This document shows, piece by piece, positions 58,080-64,000 of a stretch of 64,000 bases of DNA. The stretch spans positions 1-64,000 of IMG/VR virus record IMGVR_UViG_3300031867_000031; one strand, 5' to 3'. Each line of letters starts with the position of its first letter. Position 1 is the first letter of the stretch. Under the pieces are notes generated by a model. The model had not been told where the DNA came from. It saw nothing but the letters and a program-made list of their open reading frames with translations, and did not search any database. The stretch comes from a virus. Its lineage: Duplodnaviria; Caudoviricetes. The position numbers were made by a program, and so were the translations under genes.

Positions 58080-58257
58080 GACCATTTCTGCTCATTGTCC
58101 AAAATGTGACAACGATGTTGATTTTGAAATTAACATGCGGTATGTAGATTATGATGGAATAATTCCGTGTCTAAGATGTCCTCAATGCAATATTGAATGT
58201 CCGGCATATTCATTTAGCAATTTTTTGAAAACTGGAATAGTTCGAATTGGTGTGTAA
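58066..58257 (+). CDS. Zinc-ribbon protein, copy 2
   Basis: HCPKCD...CLRCPQC; paralogue of 56263. Confidence 0.8.
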   Translation: MSIHKTISAHCPKCDNDVDFEINMRYVDYDGIIPCLRCPQCNIECPAYSFSNFLKTGIVRIGV

Positions 58258-58266
58258 AATGTTTAT

Positions 58267-58342
58267 GCGCCCTTAGCTCAGTTGGTAGAGCAGGAGACTT
58301 TTAATCTCAAGGTCATGGGTTCGAGACCCATAGGGCGCACCA
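58267..58342 (+). tRNA. tRNA-Lys(UUU), second copy
   Basis: Full cloverleaf, CCA; three differences from copy 1. Confidence 0.95.
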
Positions 58343-58375
58343 TTTATATTTTTAATTAAAAGGAACAAGAATTGT

Positions 58376-58573
58376 ATGAATAATTGGAATAAATATTTTA
58401 TTAAAGATGTATTACTTGTATCAATTGTGTCTACCATCGGATTTGTTTACTCGATTAGTGAAATGGCTAAGCTATGGTTTAATTATATATTTAATCCGAT
58501 GCAGCTAATGCTAGTAGCTATATGTTTGTTCATCATTCTTACAATTGTATTTATATTTGCAGGAAGAGTTTAG
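58376..58573 (+). CDS. Two-TM membrane protein
   Basis: Two hydrophobic helices. Confidence 0.65.
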   Translation: MNNWNKYFIKDVLLVSIVSTIGFVYSISEMAKLWFNYIFNPMQLMLVAICLFIILTIVFIFAGRV

Positions 58574-58590
58574 ATACCATGCTGATTAAT

Positions 58591-58662
58591 GGCCTTGTAG
58601 CATAACGGTTAGTGCAGCCGGCTCATAACCGGTGGATCAGAGTTCAACTCTCTGCGGGGCCA
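58591..58662 (+). tRNA. tRNA with CAU anticodon (probably Ile2, possibly Met)
   Basis: Cloverleaf GGCCTTG...CGGGGCC-A, GCCGG-CTCATAA-CCGGT; no encoded CCA. Confidence 0.85.
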
Positions 58663-58698
58663 CCTATTGATATTTTAGCTCACGAGAAAGCAAGATCA

Positions 58699-59130
58699 AT
58701 GAATACTAAAAAGATGGTAAAATTTAATCCGAATGATATTTTAGAAAAATTGGAAAATCTAGGTATCAAACAATCGTATTTGGGTAATCAGAATTCTATT
58801 TACTACATCGGATATTCTAATGCGATTATTAGCAAAGCATTTAGAACTGGTATGATACATCCAGATGTCTTAGACAAAATCGAAACATTAATTACATATT
58901 TAAGTAATCCATGTTTAAAACGACCAACTATCATTAACTTTGTAGAATTACAAACTCGTAATGATATTCTACAAAAACAAGTAGATTCTCTAAAAGATCG
59001 AGATGCTGATAAAGTAAAAGAGCTCACAGACATAATCAGACAAGTATCAACTGATCTAACAGTCTATAGCGAGCAATTTCTACGTGCCAGCAATTTCTTA
59101 GACTATTCTATAAAAAAAAAAAATAACTGA
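58699..59130 (+). CDS. XRE-like HTH plus coiled-coil protein
   Basis: Paralogue of 59653 (LG..S...IG.S...I). Confidence 0.6.
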   Translation: MNTKKMVKFNPNDILEKLENLGIKQSYLGNQNSIYYIGYSNAIISKAFRTGMIHPDVLDKIETLITYLSNPCLKRPTIINFVELQTRNDILQKQVDSLKDRDADKVKELTDIIRQVSTDLTVYSEQFLRASNFLDYSIKKKNN

Positions 59131-59144
59131 TATTTGTGCTTAAT

Positions 59145-59217
59145 GCCCCTGTAGCTCAGTGGATAGAGCAGAGGTCTTCTAAACCTAAGGTCGCAGGTTC
59201 GAATCCTGTCAGGGGCA
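59145..59217 (+). tRNA. tRNA-Arg(UCU)
   Basis: Cloverleaf, anticodon TCT; no encoded CCA. Confidence 0.92.
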
Positions 59218-59245
59218 CCTATTGATATTTTAGGAGTATGGCATC

Positions 59246-59392
59246 ATGACAGTAAAAGAATTAATAGAAATTCTAAAAAAGTATGATCCAGAATTGAAAG
59301 TTATGATCGCCAGTGATGAGTTTGGCGATATTGAGCTAGAGATTCAAAACGTTTGGCAAAACAATATTGATGGTGGTCCATTAATTGGATGA
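59246..59392 (+). CDS. Small hypothetical protein (48 aa, not in track)
   Basis: MTVKELIEILKKYDPELKV, a common phage N-terminus; AGGAG RBS. Confidence 0.6.
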   Translation: MTVKELIEILKKYDPELKVMIASDEFGDIELEIQNVWQNNIDGGPLIG

Positions 59393-59432
59393 TCTTTATA
59401 GGAATAAAAAATGATTTATATTTGGAGAAATT

Positions 59433-59630
59433 ATGAAAATTGGTGTAGGTGCAACAGACGGTAAGCGATACGAATTGCTACAAGAATTTCCATCCGTAAA
59501 TGATGCCGTTCAGCAAATAAAAGAAGCCAATAGAATAGCAAATGCACAAAATCCTATCGAAATACCATGCAAGAATGACTATTATATTTTTAGTCATTGC
59601 GTAGTATCCGTATATCCAATACTTTATTAA
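59433..59630 (+). CDS. Hypothetical protein
   Basis: GGAG RBS. Confidence 0.6.
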   Translation: MKIGVGATDGKRYELLQEFPSVNDAVQQIKEANRIANAQNPIEIPCKNDYYIFSHCVVSVYPILY

Positions 59631-59652
59631 AATGATACATTTGGAGATTTAA

Positions 59653-59970
59653 ATGCCAAATTGCGGAATACATTATCCAATAAATCCGGAATGGTTTAAA
59701 GAAGCATTAGATGACAGAGGAATAAGTATCCGAAGTTTAGGAAATCCAGATTCTATATTTTTTATTGGACTAAGTGATAAAACTATTTTTAGGGGACTAA
59801 AAAACGGATGGTTTTCTGAAAAAACTTTAAATAAATTATCTGATATTTTAGATATAGAAGACTTTTTAGTAAAGCCAGACTATGAAACAGAATTAGAAAT
59901 TCTGAGACAAGAAAATAAAGAACTTCGAACAATTATATCCAAAATTAAAAGTTTAATTGGAGAAATATGA
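59653..59970 (+). CDS. XRE-like HTH plus coiled-coil protein
   Basis: RGISIRSLG...IGLSDKTIFRGLKNG. Confidence 0.6.
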   Translation: MPNCGIHYPINPEWFKEALDDRGISIRSLGNPDSIFFIGLSDKTIFRGLKNGWFSEKTLNKLSDILDIEDFLVKPDYETELEILRQENKELRTIISKIKSLIGEI

Positions 59971-60344
59971 AAAAGATGGGCGTTTGTCTCTCAATTATAC
60001 TTGCAATCACTATTATATTTCTAACCCTGCCTGGTTGTACTGGTTGTACTGAAGCAGAACGCAAATCGACCGAGATTAGTCGTGAAGCAGACGAATTCAA
60101 AACTCCAAGAAAACTAACAATCATCAATACTCGTACTGACAAGATTGTTTTAGAGTTTATAGGAACGTTCTCGGTTCAGTCGAGTGCTGGAGCTATTGAT
60201 ATTTTGTGTGCTGTTGGCAAAGACAAATATGAAAAGCATTTCTTCACTCTAAATGACTGGACGATCTACGTTGTAGAAGACATTTCAAGTAATGGCGGGG
60301 ACTTATATTTTCGACAAATCAAATACTATCCAGAGAATCAGTAA
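59967..60344 (+). CDS. Lipoprotein
   Basis: Signal peptide with LPGC lipobox; ISREADEF..PRKLTIINTRTD. Confidence 0.75.
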   Translation: MKKMGVCLSIILAITIIFLTLPGCTGCTEAERKSTEISREADEFKTPRKLTIINTRTDKIVLEFIGTFSVQSSAGAIDILCAVGKDKYEKHFFTLNDWTIYVVEDISSNGGDLYFRQIKYYPENQ

Positions 60345-60390
60345 ACATTCTAACGAGATTATTAGAATGTATTGAAAGAATGGTTCTTAT

Positions 60391-60690
60391 ATGATAGAAC
60401 GATATATTGATCAAATAAAAGCGCTTCAGAATCTTGGTTATACTACAATGGAAATAGCTAAGAAGTTACACATTAATCCGACTAGTTTACGTTGTTACTT
60501 TCATACTCATAGGGAATTATTCCCAAGACAAAGATCATATAGAACAGTATCCGAAGAAGAAAGTGCAGATTTTTATAAAGAATGTATTGACGAAGGGTTG
60601 ACTCAAACCGAAATAGCAAAAAAGCATAATGTTGCTCCAGAAACTGTGCACCGTCATATTTTAAAACAAATTAAGAAGCATTCAAAATGA
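60391..60690 (+). CDS. Tandem HTH DNA-binding protein
   Basis: GYTTMEIAKKLHINPTSL and GLTQTEIAKKHNVAPETV. Confidence 0.75.
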   Translation: MIERYIDQIKALQNLGYTTMEIAKKLHINPTSLRCYFHTHRELFPRQRSYRTVSEEESADFYKECIDEGLTQTEIAKKHNVAPETVHRHILKQIKKHSK

Positions 60691-61292
60691 TTGACTATAT
60701 TTTACCTGTTCAGCAAGAAGTTAAATCAGGAGAGTCTATTATGAGTCCGATTCACAATGGTAAAGGCATGATTGTAATTGGTTATCAAGGAATTGGTAAA
60801 AGTACTCTAGCATCAAAGCGAGATGGTATTATTGATCTCGAATCTAGTAATTTTAAAATCGATGGCGAACGTGATGAAAATTGGTACATTATATATTGTC
60901 GCATAGCAGTATCGCTTGCTTGTCAAGGCTATATTGTTCTAATCTCGTCACATGAGTGTGTTAGATCGGAACTTCGAAAGTACAATCCTAATAATCCTAA
61001 AGACAAGTATACAGTTGTGATTATTTGCCCGCATTATGTTCTCGAGGATCAATGGATACAGCGTCTACATAATCGTTATATTCAAGATCGATCCGATAAG
61101 AACTATGCTGCATGGAAAGACGCTGAAGCGCATTTTGTCGATTCGATCCAGTCAATGACGCAAGGTGTAGTATTCTCTATTATACTTTTGGATTCTATGG
61201 ACTACGATCTTGGCGGACTTATTATGTCTCTTTATCGAGCTAGTCAACCTAAAACACATTTTTCACAACGAATTCGAGAAGAAGGATGTTAG
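60687..61292 (+). CDS. P-loop NTP-binding protein
   Basis: VIGYQGIGKST Walker A, IDLES. Confidence 0.75.
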   Translation: MIDYILPVQQEVKSGESIMSPIHNGKGMIVIGYQGIGKSTLASKRDGIIDLESSNFKIDGERDENWYIIYCRIAVSLACQGYIVLISSHECVRSELRKYNPNNPKDKYTVVIICPHYVLEDQWIQRLHNRYIQDRSDKNYAAWKDAEAHFVDSIQSMTQGVVFSIILLDSMDYDLGGLIMSLYRASQPKTHFSQRIREEGC

Positions 61293-61299
61293 ATATTTT

Positions 61300-61461
61300 A
61301 TGGATAGACCAACTTTTGAAAAATTCTATCATATATTGATAGCTATTCAAGTTATTGTTGGTTTGGTAAATGATGAAAGTTTTAGATTTTGGATATTTCA
61401 TTTTCTAATTTTCACAATATTAGCCGCCTTACTACTTATAGTATCTAACCGTACAGAATAA
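61300..61461 (+). CDS. Small two-TM protein
   Basis: Hydrophobic segments. Confidence 0.45.
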   Translation: MDRPTFEKFYHILIAIQVIVGLVNDESFRFWIFHFLIFTILAALLLIVSNRTE

Positions 61462-61487
61462 TAGCTCTTGAAAGGAGAATTATATTT

Positions 61488-61694
61488 ATGGCAATGGAAG
61501 ATATTGCATCACGTTTTAAATTCGTTAAGATGAATGACGAACAAAAGCGGGCATCCGAAAAGATTCGAGAAGAGGTTCTTAATCTAGCAGACATTACTGA
61601 TATTTATTGTCCAGATAGTCGAGAGAAATCTCTAGCATTAACTAAACTTCAAGAGTTTATGTTCTGGGCAAATACATGTATTTCGCATAACTAA
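61488..61694 (+). CDS. Acb2/Tad1-like helical-hairpin protein (candidate immune-signal sponge)
   Basis: CPDSREKSLALTKLQEFMFWAN resembles Tad1 SRENACALTHVEEALMWMN. Confidence 0.6.
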   Translation: MAMEDIASRFKFVKMNDEQKRASEKIREEVLNLADITDIYCPDSREKSLALTKLQEFMFWANTCISHN

Positions 61695-61739
61695 TAATTA
61701 TATTTTCATAGTCAATACTCAAAAGAAAGTGAAAAGATC

Positions 61740-62276
61740 ATGACACAGGAAGTTAAGGTTGCTATTATTGCTACAACTGGTATGGTTGCTATAGTAGGTG
61801 CACTTATTTATTCCAACCATGCTGAAAAGAAACGTCAACTTAAAACAAAGCAGGAAAATCGAAAGCTTGAAGCTGAGACAAAGCTCAAGCAAGCAGAGAT
61901 TGAAGGGACATATCCTCCAGAGTATTGGATTGCCAAGAAGGCTGAGGCAGAAGCTGATGCGCAAGTTCGTCAAGCGCGCATCGAATCGGAAGAGCGTCTT
62001 AAGATAGATCAGCGCAATAGAGAAGATGCTGATCGAAAGGCTCAGAGAGAATTCGAGAAGGATGCTCCTGAGTCATATTGGCAGCATAAGCGCTTCAAGG
62101 AAGAAGAGGAGACCAAGCGTAAGCAACTTGAGATTGATGATCAGCGCAGGCGTCGTCTCGAGGAGCAGGAACGTGATATTGCTGCTAAGCAGGCTAAGTC
62201 TCTTGAAGAGGGAACCAAAGCTCTAGAGAAAGCACTTCGAACTGCTAACTACGCATCCACTATGTTTGGGTATTGA
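61740..62276 (+). CDS. Membrane-anchored coiled-coil protein with internal repeat
   Basis: N-terminal TM; YPPEYW and APESYW repeat units. Confidence 0.75.
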   Translation: MTQEVKVAIIATTGMVAIVGALIYSNHAEKKRQLKTKQENRKLEAETKLKQAEIEGTYPPEYWIAKKAEAEADAQVRQARIESEERLKIDQRNREDADRKAQREFEKDAPESYWQHKRFKEEEETKRKQLEIDDQRRRRLEEQERDIAAKQAKSLEEGTKALEKALRTANYASTMFGY

Positions 62277-62283
62277 TATTTTA

Positions 62284-62376
62284 GCCGGGAGCAGCGGTGT
62301 AGCCGATGTAGGAGCTATACTCGGGAATGAGATCTGCACGAGATAGTACATGGCGTAATTAGGTGGGGACTATCTC
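62284..62376 (+). ncRNA. Structured RNA element with GGTGGGG loop
   Basis: GTGTAGC/GCTATAC; GAGATAGT...GGTGGGG-ACTATCTC. Confidence 0.5.
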
Positions 62377-62415
62377 AATTATATTTTTAAATCTTTATAG
62401 AAAGCATTCCATAAA

Positions 62416-62703
62416 ATGATTGGTAATGGAGTAGACATGTATGATCTTGTCGTCAACATACACGATAAGATGGATATTCGTTTGACACCAATGCCTGAAA
62501 AAATTTGGATAGGAGTAATCGAAAAGATGAATCCTTCTCCACCAGTTCCCAGAAAGAAAACCAAATGTTATAGCCGACGTCAAGTATATTTGTATAATGG
62601 TCGACGCGTGTTCAGTATGGTTCGAGATTACGAAAAGAACGAATTCGATTTCTATTATATTCCAGATGACGAATTGTGCTTCATAGAGAAAGTAATGCTA
62701 TGA
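62416..62703 (+). CDS. Hypothetical protein
   Basis: AGAAAG RBS. Confidence 0.6.
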   Translation: MIGNGVDMYDLVVNIHDKMDIRLTPMPEKIWIGVIEKMNPSPPVPRKKTKCYSRRQVYLYNGRRVFSMVRDYEKNEFDFYYIPDDELCFIEKVML

Positions 62704-63263
62704 CATTTTTACATCAACTATTCGAATTAAGAAAGCGTGGACCAGAACGTCACGATTGTACTGCTCCATACGACGTTATATTTAGACTACCGAATAGACA
62801 CCCAACTGTTAACCAATTTCTAAATAGCATTATAGCTCATAAGGATGAATGGGGGAAAGTACATATTTCACCTGGCTCAGCATACACTACTGTATGGGAT
62901 CTTATGGGTTATCATGGAAAGATTGACAGTCTTGAATACCGTTGGGGTGAATGGGTCAAAAATTATGATATTTTTGTAGAGAAGTATGGTAATCGAAAGA
63001 TCAAATCTGCTACAGCTGATGGCGGATGGTCATTGATGGATTACACACTTCTTTTAGAGGATGACGATATGAAGTATGAAGAATTCGGCGATATTGATAT
63101 TCCAGCGGATTTCGAATTTTCCATAAAAGATGGTCGATCATGTATCGAACGAATGCATGAAGAAAAGTTGTTAACCACGTCTGAGTATAATTCTGTAATG
63201 ACTATTATCGACGGTGCAGAAGCACGAAAGTACGAATCTATAAAGGCGTTAAATAATGGATGA
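62700..63263 (+). CDS. Hypothetical protein
   Basis: GCT/DCT-APYDV-like N-terminus, ADGGWSLMDY. Confidence 0.7.
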   Translation: MTFLHQLFELRKRGPERHDCTAPYDVIFRLPNRHPTVNQFLNSIIAHKDEWGKVHISPGSAYTTVWDLMGYHGKIDSLEYRWGEWVKNYDIFVEKYGNRKIKSATADGGWSLMDYTLLLEDDDMKYEEFGDIDIPADFEFSIKDGRSCIERMHEEKLLTTSEYNSVMTIIDGAEARKYESIKALNNG

Positions 63264-63546
63264 CAACGAACTTACTTTTAATTTTTTAAAAGGCCCGTTC
63301 CCGGAAAAGATAGTTTTACACAGACTAATTACAACTGTCGATGAACAAAAGACAGAAGAATTATATTTTAAACGAGTCTATTGCTATGCGATTGTACACA
63401 TGTATGATGAAGATAATGTTGTAGGAAGTTGCATATGTTCTAATTGCAATAACTCATTGGGCCTTTTTGAAAAGTTTTGTCCGCATTGCGGAGCAAAAAT
63501 TCAAGGAAAGAAAATTTTAGATAAGGATGGTAATGAAATTGATTGA
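63256..63546 (+). CDS. Zinc-ribbon protein
   Basis: CSNC...FCPHCGAK. Confidence 0.75.
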   Translation: MDDNELTFNFLKGPFPEKIVLHRLITTVDEQKTEELYFKRVYCYAIVHMYDEDNVVGSCICSNCNNSLGLFEKFCPHCGAKIQGKKILDKDGNEID

Positions 63547-63634
63547 CTATTAACATTGATATTTTCGCAAAATTTACTCTTTATTAGTTGACCGGACCAG
63601 CAATGGTCAGAAAAACTCTTGAAAGGAGATAGGA

Positions 63635-63877
63635 ATGGATACGGTCAAGAATGCACTGGGCAGGATTAAGAACTTTATATTTGGCATGAAGACTGAGCAG
63701 AAGATGAAGTTCGCAGCTTCGTTGCTTATGCTGTTCGGCAGCAGCGCATTGGCGTTGTCTGCTGCTCAGGATAGTGATGATGACATGATTGATATTTCTG
63801 ATCAGGCCGAGGTACTGGATAGTTCTGAGGTTGTCGAGACGATCGAGTCCGATACTATTGAGAGTGATACCGAGTAA
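63635..63877 (+). CDS. Single-TM acidic-tail cassette protein
   Basis: Promoter 63565, GAAAGGAG RBS, terminator 63903. Confidence 0.75.
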   Translation: MDTVKNALGRIKNFIFGMKTEQKMKFAASLLMLFGSSALALSAAQDSDDDMIDISDQAEVLDSSEVVETIESDTIESDTE

Positions 63878-63902
63878 ACTGATATTTGTTAATGTCGGTC
63901 AG

Positions 63903-63945
63903 AAAGTAAGGAGTCTGAATAAGGCTCCTTACTTTTTTACTTTTT
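63903..63945 (+). terminator. Intrinsic terminator
   Basis: AAAGTAAGGAGTC...GGCTCCTTACTTT then T-tract. Confidence 0.8.
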
Positions 63946-64000
63946 TATTACTATTTATATTTTTGTTAGGAGAAAACATTGCCTAAGTTATTTGTTAGCC

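Noticed and set aside
59112-59123. A12 homopolymer as a phase-variation site
   Set aside because: It lies in the last codons of the ORF, so slippage would alter only a few terminal residues.

Overview
About 64 kb from one side of a tailed dsDNA phage genome (siphovirus-type, almost all genes on the + strand, AT-rich). 1-31.4 kb: packaging (terS-like, HNH, terL, portal), a protease-scaffold-major capsid fusion, neck and tail genes, tape measure, ricin-domain distal tail protein, hub, a 2416-aa tail fibre and an NlpC/P60 endolysin. 31.4-41.7 kb: holin plus a cluster of cargo-like genes. 37-64 kb: dense small early/middle genes built as promoter-ORF-terminator cassettes, nucleotide-metabolism genes (thyX, MazG-like, kinases, ADP-ribosylglycohydrolase-like), five tRNAs and several structured non-coding elements. 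No integrase, DNA polymerase or RNA polymerase is visible in the window. Most notable: (1) eight proteins share an N-terminal hydrophobic-x-H/HGxxGxxWG(V/I)RR module fused to unrelated payloads, one being a papain-fold toxin followed by an immunity-like gene. The same hydrophobic-x-H site punctuates the capsid scaffold and the portal tail, suggesting a protease-processed, capsid-targeted polymorphic cargo system. (2) About 20 copies of a rigidly phased TCGY-N7-AC-N6-TATA promoter drive cassettes whose ORFs are clasped by inverted repeats, and also drive tRNA-mimic RNAs. (3) A family of hairpin RNAs with GGYGGGG loops sits among the tRNAs. (4) Four paralogues carry an RNA polymerase alphaCTD-like domain, three of them fused to a sigma4-like HTH. 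All protein family calls come from motif recognition by eye, not database searches. The host is inferred only (probably a high-GC Gram-positive gut or rumen bacterium).
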